A DNA stretch of 64,000 bases from Nitrosopumilus sp. (GTDB lineage Archaea > Thermoproteota > Nitrososphaeria > Nitrososphaerales > Nitrosopumilaceae): the NCBI GenBank assembly GCA_965224195.1, contig OZ245040.1, positions 576,001 to 640,000 of the forward strand. Direction: 5' to 3'. The translations under genes and the position numbers were made by a program. This document shows, one piece after another, positions 29,529 through 41,030 of this stretch (position 1 is the first letter of the stretch; each line of letters starts with the position of its first letter). The notes below the pieces were generated by a model that was not told the DNA's origin, searched no databases, and saw nothing but the letters and a program-made list of their open reading frames with translations.

Positions 29529-30443
29529 ATGATTACCATAATTGGTTCAGGTAAAGTAGGTGGAGATGCAGCATTATTTTCAGCTTTAAAGCGATTGGAT
29601 GATCAAATATTATTGCTTGATGTTGCAGAAGGACTTCCTCAAGGAGAAGCAATGGATATCAATCACATGTTATCTGAACAAGGAATCGATGTTGAAGTGA
29701 AAGGTTCAAACAATTTTGCAGATATGAAGGGTTCAAAAGCTGTAGTTGTCGTAGCAGGTTCTGGAAGAAAACCAGGAATGACAAGAATGGATCTTTTGAA
29801 AATTAATGCATCAATTGTAAAAAGTGTGGTTGAAAATGTAAAAAAATATGCAGATGACTCTATGATAATTCCAGTTACCAATCCATTGGATCCTATGGCA
29901 TACATTACTTACAAGGTATCAGGATTTGATAGAAGCAGGGTATTCGGCATGGGTGGAATGTTAGATTTATCAAGATTTAGACAGTTTATTCATGAAGCAA
30001 CTGGACATTCACGTGATTCAATCAGAGCATTAGTAATTGGTGAACACGGAGAAAACATGTTACCATTGCCAAGATTTTCATCTGTATCAGGAATTCCGTT
30101 ATCATCTTTTCTTCCAAAAGAAAAATTAGATGAATTAGTTCTAAATACAAAACAAGTAGCAGCAAAAGTAATTGAATTAAAAGGTGCCACAGTTCATGCC
30201 CCAGGTAATGCAATTTCTGCAATTCTAGAATCAGTTGTAAGAGATAGAAAACAAGTCATTCCAGTTGCAACATATCTTGATGGAGAATATGGTCATTCAG
30301 ATGTAACAATAGGAGTTCCAGCAATTATTGGAAAGAAAGGAGTAGAGAAAATTATTGAATTAGACCTGAATGATGAAGAAAAACAAGTCTTCAATAAAGC
30401 AGTAGAAAGTGTAAAGAGCGCCATATCAGGCATTGAAATCTAA
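29529..30443 (+). CDS. mdh: Malate dehydrogenase (LDH-like)
   Basis: [18 protein letters not shown] (Arg at the specificity site), TNPLD and GEHG; start set at MITII. Confidence 0.93.
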   Translation: MITIIGSGKVGGDAALFSALKRLDDQILLLDVAEGLPQGEAMDINHMLSEQGIDVEVKGSNNFADMKGSKAVVVVAGSGRKPGMTRMDLLKINASIVKSVVENVKKYADDSMIIPVTNPLDPMAYITYKVSGFDRSRVFGMGGMLDLSRFRQFIHEATGHSRDSIRALVIGEHGENMLPLPRFSSVSGIPLSSFLPKEKLDELVLNTKQVAAKVIELKGATVHAPGNAISAILESVVRDRKQVIPVATYLDGEYGHSDVTIGVPAIIGKKGVEKIIELDLNDEEKQVFNKAVESVKSAISGIEI

Positions 30444-30476
30444 GCATTTTTTTAGACTAAGAAATGAAATTCATCA

Positions 30477-31259
30477 ATGGAAATTTATGAAATTTTAGAG
30501 TTATTAAAAAAAGGAAAAATTTCTGTAAATAATGCAAAAAAGCTTTTGTCATTATATTCAATTGAAGAAGTAGAGGGTTTTGCTAAAATTGATATAAATC
30601 GAAGAAAACGAAGAGGAATTCCAGAAGTAATTTTTGCAGAAACTAAACAATTAGATGAGATTAAAAAAATTACAAAAAAAGTTTTAGAAAAGACCAATTC
30701 AGTAATAATATCAAGAATCAAGAAAGAAGATTATTCAAAAATTTTATCTTTTTCTAAAAAATTAAAAGTAAAAATCAAAACTGGAAAAAATTCATCATCA
30801 TTGTTATTATTTAAAAAACCAATAAAATTTCAAGGTGGAAAAATAGGGATTATGACTGCAGGTACATCAGATATTGGAGTTGCAGAAGAATCAAGATTAA
30901 TGTGCGAAGCAATGAATTGTAAATGTATTACAAGTTATGACGTAGGAGTTGCAGGGATTCAGAGAGTTTTTCCAATTTTAAAAAAAATGATAAATGAAGA
31001 TGTGGATTGTATCATAGTTGCTGCAGGAATGGAAGGAGCATTAGCTACGCTAGTATCCACACTAGTAGATATTCCAATCATAGGAATTCCTACATCTGTA
31101 GGTTATGGATATGGAGAGAAGGGGATAGCAGCTCTTGCATCAATGCTTCAAAGCTGTTCATTAGGATTATCAGTAGTAAATATTGATAATGGGATTGCAG
31201 CTGGAGGGATTGCGGCAAATATTGCAAACAGAGCAATCAGGAAAAATTATTCAGATTAG
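30477..31259 (+). CDS. larB: NPN biosynthesis carboxylase/hydrolase LarB
   Basis: R.GIPEVIF, AGTSD..VAEE, DVGVAG, AGMEGAL, PTSVGYG and VVNIDNG. Confidence 0.93.
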   Translation: MEIYEILELLKKGKISVNNAKKLLSLYSIEEVEGFAKIDINRRKRRGIPEVIFAETKQLDEIKKITKKVLEKTNSVIISRIKKEDYSKILSFSKKLKVKIKTGKNSSSLLLFKKPIKFQGGKIGIMTAGTSDIGVAEESRLMCEAMNCKCITSYDVGVAGIQRVFPILKKMINEDVDCIIVAAGMEGALATLVSTLVDIPIIGIPTSVGYGYGEKGIAALASMLQSCSLGLSVVNIDNGIAAGGIAANIANRAIRKNYSD

Positions 31260-31317
31260 AATTTCAGACTGATCAATCTCGTAAATGATATATAACAACT
31301 AAGAAGAAGGTGGATAA

Positions 31318-32898
31318 TTGGCTGGCAAACGTGTTGTACTTACTGCTGATCGTAGTTTAATGACAAATTATAGAGGGAATTTTCTTTATGGATTTATTGC
31401 GTGTGGGCCATATGAGGTTCTACCTGAATGGGTTTTTGATAAAGTATTTTGTCCTTCAGTTGAAACAGACCCAATTACAGGAGAGGTAAAAGTGGCCCAA
31501 GTGGGATTAAGAAGAATTGAAAGTTCATTGATTCAAGGGGGATACAAAAGAGAAGATGTGTTCATGGCACATCCTGAAATGTTAAACAAATCAATTGGTC
31601 CAGATACCAAAGTTGTCGGAATTAACGTAATGGATCCATTAGGAATGGCACCAGTTACTACAACCATGTCTCCAGAAAAATTATCCTATGTTGCAATGAA
31701 ATTCAAAAAAATGTGTGCCAGTATAATTCAGTTAAAAAAGAAATATGATTTCAAAGTTGTAGTCGGAGGTAATGGAGCATGGGAGTTAGCAAAGTCAGAT
31801 AGAATGAAAATACATGGAATTGATACGGTTGTTGTTGGAGAAGCAGATGAATTAGCAGTAGATTTATTCCAAGACTTGGAAAAAAATGATGCGCCAGAAC
31901 TGATGCATTGTTTTGTAAGAAATCTTGAAAATATTCCAGTCATTGAAGGACCAACAATTAATTCATTGATTGAAGCAATGAGAGGTTGCGGAAGAGGATG
32001 TGACTTTTGTGATGTAAACAAAAGATCAAAGAAAGATCTTCCATTGGAAAGATTACAACATGAAGCTAAAACTAACTTAGATTATGGATTTGATTCTATT
32101 TGGTTGCATTCTGATGAAATGTTACTTTATGGATGTGATAATAGAGACTTTGTTCCAAACAGAGATGCCATTGTTGATTTGTGGAAAGGGCTCAAAGGAT
32201 TAGGAGCAAATTTTATCGGAACCACACATATGACATTTTCAGCAGTTGCAGCAGATCCCACATTGATGCAACAAATTTCCCATATCAACGAACAAGATAA
32301 AACAGGTAGATGGCTCGCAACCAATCTGGGAATAGAAACAGTATCACCTGGAATGGTAAAGAAGCATCTTGGAGTGAAAACAAAACCATTTGCTCCTGAA
32401 GAATGGGGAAGTGTTGTAAGAGAAGGGGCAAAAATTCTAAATGATAATCACTGGTTCCCAGCTGCCACAATCATAATTGGCTGGCCTGATGAAACCCCAG
32501 ATGATGTTCAATACACCATAGATATGATGAGTGACTTTAGAGAAATGGATTTCAGAGGATTGGTAGCACCATTACTTTACCAAGACTTTAGTGAAAAGAA
32601 TTCAATGCACTTTGGAAATTTGAATGAAGCCCAATTCACATTATTTTGGAAATGCTGGGAGAATAATTTACGAGTCATTAATGATATTATACCCATTATT
32701 CTTAGAAACAAAACATACGGTCCGCCAATGAAGGTATTCATGTATGGAATTCTCAAAGCAGGTACTTGGGCAATTATGAGATATTTACGAGGATTGTGTA
32801 AAGATCTTTTCAATGGACGAACTCCAGATCAAATTATTGACAAATATGCAAGAAGTAGATCTGTAACTGCTCCTAAATTTCAAATAAAGAAATTATAG
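31318..32898 (+). CDS. Radical SAM protein with a B12-binding-like N-terminal domain
   Basis: RGCGRGCDFC (CxxxCxxC); VVVGGNGAW...VVVGEAD N-terminal region; TTG start. Confidence 0.85.
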   Translation: MAGKRVVLTADRSLMTNYRGNFLYGFIACGPYEVLPEWVFDKVFCPSVETDPITGEVKVAQVGLRRIESSLIQGGYKREDVFMAHPEMLNKSIGPDTKVVGINVMDPLGMAPVTTTMSPEKLSYVAMKFKKMCASIIQLKKKYDFKVVVGGNGAWELAKSDRMKIHGIDTVVVGEADELAVDLFQDLEKNDAPELMHCFVRNLENIPVIEGPTINSLIEAMRGCGRGCDFCDVNKRSKKDLPLERLQHEAKTNLDYGFDSIWLHSDEMLLYGCDNRDFVPNRDAIVDLWKGLKGLGANFIGTTHMTFSAVAADPTLMQQISHINEQDKTGRWLATNLGIETVSPGMVKKHLGVKTKPFAPEEWGSVVREGAKILNDNHWFPAATIIIGWPDETPDDVQYTIDMMSDFREMDFRGLVAPLLYQDFSEKNSMHFGNLNEAQFTLFWKCWENNLRVINDIIPIILRNKTYGPPMKVFMYGILKAGTWAIMRYLRGLCKDLFNGRTPDQIIDKYARSRSVTAPKFQIKKL

Positions 32899-33216
32899 AT
32901 TTTCAATAGCAATATCGGCTATAGTGTTTCTTATTGGAGTTATAGAAATAAAGTAAACTTTGTCTGCTCTCTCTACGGCTTCAACTTTTTTAAATGATTT
33001 TGATGCAACATCAAATTCATAAATTCCAGGTTCAAGTGAACCTTTTGCATAAAGCATGAGATATGTTTCTCCAGTTGCAGGACTTAATGGAATAAAAGAC
33101 AACACATGTCCTTTGTAAGAATTAATGGGTAAGGTATTTTTCATTGGGGGGGCAGCTGATGCCATATACATTAGAAAATCTTCAATGGATTCAAATTCTT
33201 CGTATTCAATATGCAT
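32893..33216 (-). CDS. Hypothetical protein
   Basis: 107-aa ORF with an upstream TATA-like sequence. Confidence 0.65.
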   Translation of the reverse strand: MHIEYEEFESIEDFLMYMASAAPPMKNTLPINSYKGHVLSFIPLSPATGETYLMLYAKGSLEPGIYEFDVASKSFKKVEAVERADKVYFISITPIRNTIADIAIENL

Positions 33217-33262
33217 AAAATACTAAATGAGGTTTAAGTATAATAACCTAGAGTGAATGTGA

Positions 33263-34270
33263 TTATTTTCTAGATTTGATAATTTGGTTAACTTTGAATC
33301 CAATCAATGCTGGTGCTGCAATATACATTCCCAAGTTCAAAGCAATTACAGAGATTCCCAATCCTAATACTTCAACTTCTGAACCTTCATCAGCCAATGA
33401 CATTATAGATAACGTAGATAGCATTGGAGTAATCACAGTCTTTACAACTTCTTTAAACATTGGGCTTTCTCTTTCCCAATCTGCTACTGTTGGTGCAAAT
33501 GAATAATATAATGTGTTAAAGCTTCCCATGAATGCAGTACCAGAACTTGTACTGAATAGGGTGTTATCTCTAATTTCTCTAAGTAGTTGTACTTGTGGTG
33601 CTAGTTCAGTTCCATAAGCAGCTGTTGCAATAAGACAACCACCATCTTCCACACAAACACCTCCCTTCATTGTGTATCCATCAGGACATTGTGGTTGTGA
33701 AACAACACAAATACCATTTGCGTTAGGTTCAGTTCCTACACCACATTGTACTGGCTCTGGTGTGGTTGGTTCTGGCACAGATGGTTCAGTAACAACTGGT
33801 GGTTCTGGTTCAGTAACAACTGGTGGTTCTGGTTCAGTAACAACTGGTGGTTCTGGTTGACCGCTAATTACTTGTTCTCCACCAACATAATTTACTGAAA
33901 CTTCAGATTTATCAGCGCCATATTGTAATTTTACAATATAATCACCACTTAATTTCCATAATGGACCACCAGCAACAATGCTCTTTGCAAAAGAACCATC
34001 AGAATTTGGAATTAATTGTCCAATTTGAACAATGGTGTTATCAGGGGATACGATAAGAAAAGTTAATCCTTTTCCAGATGAAGAATCATAGTCTGGAAGG
34101 GTTCCATAAATTGATACAGATGCACCGTTAGAAGCAATTTCTATATCAGTAGACACAGGTAATGCAGGATTAGGATCACTAGTTGCAAATGCAGCATCAC
34201 TGATACCATAAGATAGAATTGAAATAGATAATAATGCAAATGCTAAGAATCCAGTAAGCTTCATTTTCAA
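33263..34270 (-). CDS. CFI-box-CTERM surface protein with Pro-rich linker and Cys-rich repeats
   Basis: Signal peptide, Ig-like domain, (PEPPVVTE)x3, two QC...C units, GGCLIATAAYG plus TM. Confidence 0.88.
   Translation of the reverse strand: MKMKLTGFLAFALLSISILSYGISDAAFATSDPNPALPVSTDIEIASNGASVSIYGTLPDYDSSSGKGLTFLIVSPDNTIVQIGQLIPNSDGSFAKSIVAGGPLWKLSGDYIVKLQYGADKSEVSVNYVGGEQVISGQPEPPVVTEPEPPVVTEPEPPVVTEPSVPEPTTPEPVQCGVGTEPNANGICVVSQPQCPDGYTMKGGVCVEDGGCLIATAAYGTELAPQVQLLREIRDNTLFSTSSGTAFMGSFNTLYYSFAPTVADWERESPMFKEVVKTVITPMLSTLSIMSLADEGSEVEVLGLGISVIALNLGMYIAAPALIGFKVNQIIKSRK
33783..33858. repeat. 24-bp tandem repeat x3 (encodes PEPPVVTE)
   Basis: GGTTCAGTAACAACTGGTGGTTCT exact at 33783, 33807 and 33831. 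Confidence 0.9.
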
Positions 34271-35237
34271 TTTGATTCATTGGTTTGAGGTATTTATGTT
34301 TTCAATGAAAGAAAAATTGACCAGATTATATTCTTATGATGCCTTTTTTGACCAAGTATTGAATTGATTTTACAAAGTCTTCATCAGAAATTTGATCGTT
34401 ACTCCACCATTTTGCATTGTTTTTGATCCAATTTGGAATTTCTTGTTCAGAAATTGAAATAGAGGTACCAGATGGAATAGTAATGAGTCCTTGCTCTATA
34501 AAATATTCAAGTCCATTTATAAATTCAGTATCAGAAACAGTATCAGAAGACCACCACTTGGCATTGTTTTTGATCCAATCTGGGATAACAGGATTTGAGA
34601 CTACAAAAGAAACAGTTTTTACAAATGAATTATTATGGAATAAATCAATTTTGTAAACACCAGATAATGTCTTTTCATCAATTGTAATTATAGAACGATA
34701 ATTTCCAACATTAGATAAAATTGAAGCAAAACTTTGAGTTTGACCATCCGGAGTTGTAATGATCACATTTAATGGAATTCCCCTTCTAGGATTATCAACA
34801 TTTCCTGAAAGAATAATTTCTTCAACATTTCCTGAAAGAGGTTTCACTACGTTATATGCACTTAGTCCTGCTAAAGTGTAGAATGAAGTAGAACCACTTT
34901 GCAATAAATTGAAAACGTTTGCATTACCAAAATTATCTCTAGAATCATAATATTTTGCATCAAGACTACCACCGGCTGAAGATATTAGTTCAGTTTCAGA
35001 CTTGATACATATTTTTGAAGGCATTTTAAACACACCTTCAAAGATTCCCGTACTAGGTCCAGTTTCCACCAGAGAAAAGCCAGTATCAGATAAACCACCA
35101 TAGACTACACCATCCACAGTACAACGTTTGAAACGAATATCTTTGATTAAAACTTCTAGTAAAGTAATTCCATCTTTTCCAACAGTATCAACATTTGGTG
35201 AATTAGAATCATTGATTGTAAAGTAAATATCAATTAT

Positions 35238-36131
35238 CAACTAATCCCAAAACTAACCGTTTAGGCAAATTTTGATGATCATCGGGATCTGTCTGCATTA
35301 ACACCAACACTCATTTTCATGAAATTCACAGAAATGACAGATTCGCAATGGAACACAACAAGGCCACATCTGCCAAGACCGGCAAGTACTGGCAGGCAAA
35401 GTGCAGACGACAGGACCACAATTGATGCAATAATGTTTGTACTGATTGCGGGCTGCAGATGGGCTGACCTGCCTTCAAGGTATGGCTCCAAATCATCTGC
35501 ACACAGGAGATTCCAAAATCTGCAGCAGAAAGGAATTTGAAAAAAGATTCTCAGATGTGCAGTAAAATCAGCATGCAGGCAAAGCAAGATTAACATGCAG
35601 AAAATATCAGCTGACTCATCAACAATCCACAATAAAAAAAGGGGGGCAACGTAACTGGATATGACGGATTCAAGAAGATTCTAGGCACAAAGATACATGT
35701 TGCAGCAGAGCAAAACGGATTGCCAATATCAATTGTAATGAGTACTGCAAATATTCATGACAGTACAAAATTCATTGATGTCATGCAAAACATTTCAGAG
35801 TTTTTGGATGATGATGATGATGAGATGGCAGAAGGGACTGTTTCAGTCCATGCAGAGAAGGGCCATGATGCAAGATGCATCAGAGACTATCTGAGATGCA
35901 ACGGAATGGGGTGGCTGGCTGCATTCCATACAGGAATAATTCCAAGCTTGTTGTGCCAAAAAACATGCAAAGCAATTACAGCAGGACCATGTTTGTAGTG
36001 GAGAGATTCTTTGCATGGCTCAAGTGTGGATTTAGAAAAAGTAATAAGATATGAAAGGAACTGCGAGAACCATCTTGGACTTGCTTACCTGGCATCAATT
36101 ATGATGTACTGGATAGTATTGGGATGAGTTG
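35238..36131 (+). mobile_element. Degenerate IS5-family insertion sequence (894 bp)
   Basis: 18-bp TIRs CAACTAATCCCAAAACTA / CAACTCATCCCAATACTA (reverse complement); imperfect TAT/TAA target duplication; transposase motifs GCRWADLP.RYG, DSS, GYDG.KK..G.K.H, VVERFFAWL and RYER; more GC-rich than flanks. Confidence 0.9.
35319..36127 (+). pseudogene. IS5-family transposase pseudogene
   Basis: TGA in place of Trp at 35538-35540; A7G6 slippery site at 35634-35646; ADKGYD-type motif degenerated to AEKGHD; further frameshifts; final stop inside the right TIR. Confidence 0.85.
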
Positions 36132-38502
36132 TAAATCATTTTTTAAATTAAGATCAGGATCATTTAATATCAAAGTAACAGGTTGTCCAAATCGATAGGA
36201 TTTTGAATCAGAGGAAATTACTCCAGCACTTGTATTAATATCAGATTGCGAAGTAGTTGTAAAAATACCAGTAGCATCAAGATCAGAATAAGATATGTAA
36301 ATCCCTTCATCATCAACCAATCTGTCAGTAACAATGAATTTTATTTGATCATCTATTGTTTGAATGGTTTTGATAAACTCAGGATCTAAAATATTCAATT
36401 GATTTGCTACAGAATACTCCATAGTTCCATCAAAGGTAGAAGAATTATTAGATGTCTCTTCTAATTCAAAACAATAAATTGAATTGTTCACATCATTTGA
36501 ATTTTCAAACCCAAATGAAAAGAAATCAAATACAATTGGTTGATCATTTACTTCATTAGAAATTGTTAACACATCTCCAGTTGCCGTAGAATCAAAATCA
36601 ATTACAAGAAATACGGTTCCACTTTGATCAGAAATCAATGCTATATCTTCATCATCAATTTGGATAAATCCATGAGATGTTGAAATATCACCAGCATCAA
36701 CAATAGTTATGTGGGGTAAAGATTCTAAAATTCCGAAAGAAAGAGTGACCGAAGTATCACTAAAGTCAGAAATTCCATAATCATTTTCAAAGGATCTTAA
36801 ATCATAATTAATCCAATTAGTTCCATCAGTGTTTGATTCAGAAACATCAAGTAAAGCAGATGATAAAGTAGATGCAGGAATTCCCAAATTTATTGAAATC
36901 ATTTCATATGAGCTGACCATATTAGACGGATCTATTATGAGCCTGTCAGAATTAGAATCAGGTACAGATGAATTTGAATCATCACCTCCTGTTAGAATAG
37001 GAGATAAAGAGTGAAATTTGACATCTTGTGCATTCTCCAAAGTTATTGGATTTCCAATAGTCAAAGATGGGATTATTGCAGCTGCCCTAAAAACATCTAG
37101 ATCATCGTCTGATCCAGAATTGATATTTTGATCAAGATCAGTTAGAACTACAGGGAATTCAGTACCAGGTTTTAAGGATTGAAAACCAGTTCCAATAGTC
37201 AGTGTAGGATTTTCCAAAGAGACTGAAGCTGATGATGAACCTGTAAGAATTGAAATTGAATTTTTGTTATATGTAATAGAATCGGCTTGTCCCCTTGGAG
37301 CATCATCTAAAATTCCAATAGTTGATTGATTGCTATTATCTCCAGTATCAAAAATTCCTGAATTAGAACCATCTTCAACTAATGTGATAATTTCAGAATA
37401 TGTTGTAGTTCTATCAGTTACACTGGTAGAAGGTTGTTCATCATTAGATTGTAATTCGATTACAGAATTTAGATTTACAGATATTTTTCCATTATCTTCA
37501 AAACCAATGTTTGAAAGATTAGACATCAAATCAACTAACCCAATTCCCCCGTTTGCAGAACTTTGGCCATTTTCATCATATGCTTGATAGAAAGTTGATG
37601 GTGTAGTTCCAACATTAAAAGTCCAAGAATCTTCATCAGTAGGATCTTGATTTAATTGAAAATCATTTATCGTTAAGAAAACTTCAGCATTCTTTGGATA
37701 AAGAGATCTATCAATATTCATAGAAATGTTTTGGCTTTCATCATATTCTAATGAAACAATCTGTGGTGAACCAGCAGGATTGTATTGGATAGTAACATCA
37801 TTAAATGAATAAAGTTGAATTAAAGGCCATGCATTTACATCCAATCCAATTTGTCCTGATGGAACATTAGGATTAGTATTGATAGATTTAGCATTTCGAA
37901 CTATATTATTCAAATTTGTTCCAAATGGGGATGCAGTACATGAAGAAAAAGAAGCATCACCATTAGTAGAACCAGCTGCGCTTCTAGGAATAGCAAATCC
38001 ATCAGTTTCAGAAAGAGATATTCCAATTACTGAGGCCGAAGAATCCCTGCTACAAAAAAACTCCGAAATCTAATCCTTCTCCTGCAAGTCCTACAGTGGC
38101 ATCTGCTTGTTGAGCCTTGTCTATGTTTGCAAAATATGCATACCAACTACCATCAGTTGTCTGGGTCATTCGCAACGATTTTACATTAATAGTTACATCA
38201 GGTTCGCCTTTGTTCTCATCTGTATCAGACAAATTTGGATCAATTACTACAACTTCTACTACCATCGAACCAGAAAAGAAATTATTGTATTGGGAATTTT
38301 CTGCAGAAACAAATAGATTAGAATTACTTGATGCGTCTGCATCAATGTGAGGAATAATCAGTAAAATTAAGAAAGTTGCCACTAAAGCAAAATATTTCAT
38401 CTCCAACACATTCCTAAAACCCAATTTCATCACAAATAACGTTGTCGTAGGAATGCTTCTTAGAAAACGGTAATACGTGATCATATTGTCAAAAAGAAGG
38501 AA

Positions 38503-39855
38503 ATGTTTGTTCAAAGAACCAAAGTTTTACAGATTTCACTTTTAGCCATATTTTCAGCATTTCTAGTTGAATTAGTTTTTGGATTAATCTCTAACAGTCT
38601 GGCATTGATTACTGACAGTATTCATGCATTGTTAGATAGTGTAGTGACTTTGGTTTTACTTTTAGCTGCTAGATGGGCAATAAAACCTCCAGATGCTGAA
38701 CATACGTATGGTCATGGAAAAATTGAATCACTTGGAGGTTTAATTGGAGGCATAGCAATTTTTCTAATTGCATGTTTTTTCATTTACGAATCAATCAATA
38801 GATTACAAAGTCCACCTCCAAGTGTTTTACCAGGATTATTTGCAATAATTGGTGGGTTATACACAATTGGAATTGACTTTTTTAGAATTATTCTCTTAAG
38901 AAGATCTATAAAAAAAATTGGGGGTGCCACTTTGAAAGCAGATTTTTATCATGCATTCATGGATCTAGGTTCTACTGTAGTTGCAATTGTAGGAATTGTT
39001 TTAGTTTCATATGGATTGTATTTTGGAGATTTTGTTGCAGCATTAATACTAGGAATTTTGCTGGCAGCACTGAGTGTAAAATTAATTTATAAAACAGCAT
39101 TAGACTTGACTGATGTAATATCTCCAGAACTTGTAAAAAATGTCAGAGAAATTTCAATGTCAACAGAGGGGGTTGTTGATACAGGGTCAATTCTTATGAG
39201 AAGATCAGGAGATACAATTTTTGCGGATGTCACAGTCTCCCTTAGGGGAAATACTAGTTTTGATAAAGCTCATGAAATTAGTGATAGTGTTGAAAGAAAC
39301 ATAAAAAATAAAATCCCAAATGCATCAACTACAATTCATTTTGAACCAAATTGGAAAGATGTTCCACTAGATGCAAAAATTCTAGACATTGCACAAAATG
39401 TAGATGGCGTTAAAGGAGTTCACAATGTTACCACACATAAGACAAAGGGCAAGATATATTCTAATTTGCACGTAATGGTAGAACGAGAAATTAATTTATC
39501 CTCAGCTCATAGAATTTCAGAAATAATTGAACAAAAAATTCAAGAACAGATTCCGGAGATCAAACATGCTACCATTCATCTAGAACCATTTGTGACTGTT
39601 CCAGAAAATATCAATATTGAAGATGTAGAAACTGAAGAAAAAATTAAAACCATATTGGAAAAATATCCAGACATTAAGAAAATAGGTAGAATTGTATCTT
39701 TAAAATTTGAAAATATTCTCAAAATAGATATTGACTGTTCATTTAACAAAGATTTGTCAATTGAAAAAGTTCATGATTTAACATCAGAAGTCGAACATCT
39801 AATTAGAACAGAAATTAAAAATTCTGTGATTACTATTCATCCAGAACCAAATTAG
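38503..39855 (+). CDS. Cation diffusion facilitator (FieF-like) with three C-terminal dimerisation domains
   Basis: SLALITDSIH.LLD, PPD.EH.YGHGKIE and H...D motifs; three repeats of H...(TIH.EP). Confidence 0.92.
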   Translation: MFVQRTKVLQISLLAIFSAFLVELVFGLISNSLALITDSIHALLDSVVTLVLLLAARWAIKPPDAEHTYGHGKIESLGGLIGGIAIFLIACFFIYESINRLQSPPPSVLPGLFAIIGGLYTIGIDFFRIILLRRSIKKIGGATLKADFYHAFMDLGSTVVAIVGIVLVSYGLYFGDFVAALILGILLAALSVKLIYKTALDLTDVISPELVKNVREISMSTEGVVDTGSILMRRSGDTIFADVTVSLRGNTSFDKAHEISDSVERNIKNKIPNASTTIHFEPNWKDVPLDAKILDIAQNVDGVKGVHNVTTHKTKGKIYSNLHVMVEREINLSSAHRISEIIEQKIQEQIPEIKHATIHLEPFVTVPENINIEDVETEEKIKTILEKYPDIKKIGRIVSLKFENILKIDIDCSFNKDLSIEKVHDLTSEVEHLIRTEIKNSVITIHPEPN

Positions 39856-41030
39856 ACCAAGATACTAGTCAGATACATTACCAACATTCCCACAGCGAAT
39901 CCTGAAACGACGGCCATTGTAGATAGTTTTTGGTCATTTTCATCATAAATCCATTTTAGAATAACTACTATTATCTGAAAAATAGCACCAGCCCCAATTC
40001 CAAAAAAGATTACAGATGTAAATGGTGAATAAGCAAATCCGCCAATCCAGGCCCCAAAAATAGCAGGACTTCCCGCAATCATCCCCATAGCAGCCAATTT
40101 ACCAAGCATTAATTTTCCTCTAGACATTGGGGCAGCAATAGCTAAACCTTCAGTTGTATTATGTAACGCAAATCCAATTATCAGAAAAGTACTAAATGCT
40201 ATTGAGCCCATTCCCACTGCTGCACCAATAGCAAGTCCTTCACCAAAATTATGTAATCCAATTCCAATAGAAATCATCAATGCAATTGCTACAGGCTTTG
40301 TAAATTTTGAAGAATTAGCCTTACTGATAAGTTTGTTTCCAATATAATACAATCCAAGAAAAGACAATACTGTCACTGTAGATACTAATAATGTTCCATT
40401 GAAACTAGACGCCAAATTTAAAACAGATATCTCAACAGCTTCTTCTATAGAATCAATTGCCAAGAAAAGCAGTAGACCTGCAGTTAATGCAAGAAAGAAA
40501 TGATATTTTTGCTTACTAATTTTTTTAATAAAAGGAAGCCAAAGTAAACCAATCATCACAGGTATTATTCCAACATACGTTCCAATTATTACAAAAAATA
40601 TTGCAAGATCTAGCGATAATTCTAATGCGGGAGCAGCTGCTTCAACTTCTTTTTCAAATCGTGTTCCATCTTCAATAGTAATTCCTATAGTGTATGGTTC
40701 TGCTTCATTCCACTCAAATGGGATTCTAACTAAAGTAGTTTCAAATCTTTCAAGAAATCTATCAGGTTCAACTGCAGCAGGTTGAATTCGATCATTTACA
40801 TCAGCCATTACCACTTCAACTGGAATAGGTCCTGTGTTTCTAACAGTTGCTTGAATTTCAGAATCAAGAAAATCTATTTTTTCTATAGTGACTTCAGGAA
40901 GAAGAACTCCAAAATCTAACAAGTCGGCACCTGGACCAAAAATATATGCCATCATCAGAATAATAAAAATAAATGGAATAACTCCACTTGCAATTATCTT
41001 TCCTTTTGATGCGTTATCACTTAGTTCCAT
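39852..41030 (-). CDS. ZIP-family divalent metal transporter with N-terminal extracellular domain
   Basis: IGLHNFGEGLAIG and ALHNTTEGLA. Confidence 0.9.
   Translation of the reverse strand: MELSDNASKGKIIASGVIPFIFIILMMAYIFGPGADLLDFGVLLPEVTIEKIDFLDSEIQATVRNTGPIPVEVVMADVNDRIQPAAVEPDRFLERFETTLVRIPFEWNEAEPYTIGITIEDGTRFEKEVEAAAPALELSLDLAIFFVIIGTYVGIIPVMIGLLWLPFIKKISKQKYHFFLALTAGLLLFLAIDSIEEAVEISVLNLASSFNGTLLVSTVTVLSFLGLYYIGNKLISKANSSKFTKPVAIALMISIGIGLHNFGEGLAIGAAVGMGSIAFSTFLIIGFALHNTTEGLAIAAPMSRGKLMLGKLAAMGMIAGSPAIFGAWIGGFAYSPFTSVIFFGIGAGAIFQIIVVILKWIYDENDQKLSTMAVVSGFAVGMLVMYLTSILV

Larger units (their letters stand above)
34326..38400 (-). pseudogene. Large S-layer-protein-like gene disrupted by an IS insertion and a homopolymer frameshift
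   Basis: N-terminus (NLFVSAEN...EVVVID...GEPDVTIN) resembles thaumarchaeal S-layer proteins; frameshift at A7 38054-38060; reading frame DPDLNLKNDL...IDIY rejoins across the IS; C-terminal IPDWIKNNAKWW repeats. Confidence 0.8.

Noticed and set aside
33783-33858. 24-bp tandem repeat as CRISPR or regulatory array
   Set aside because: No spacers; it is in frame and encodes a Pro-rich linker.
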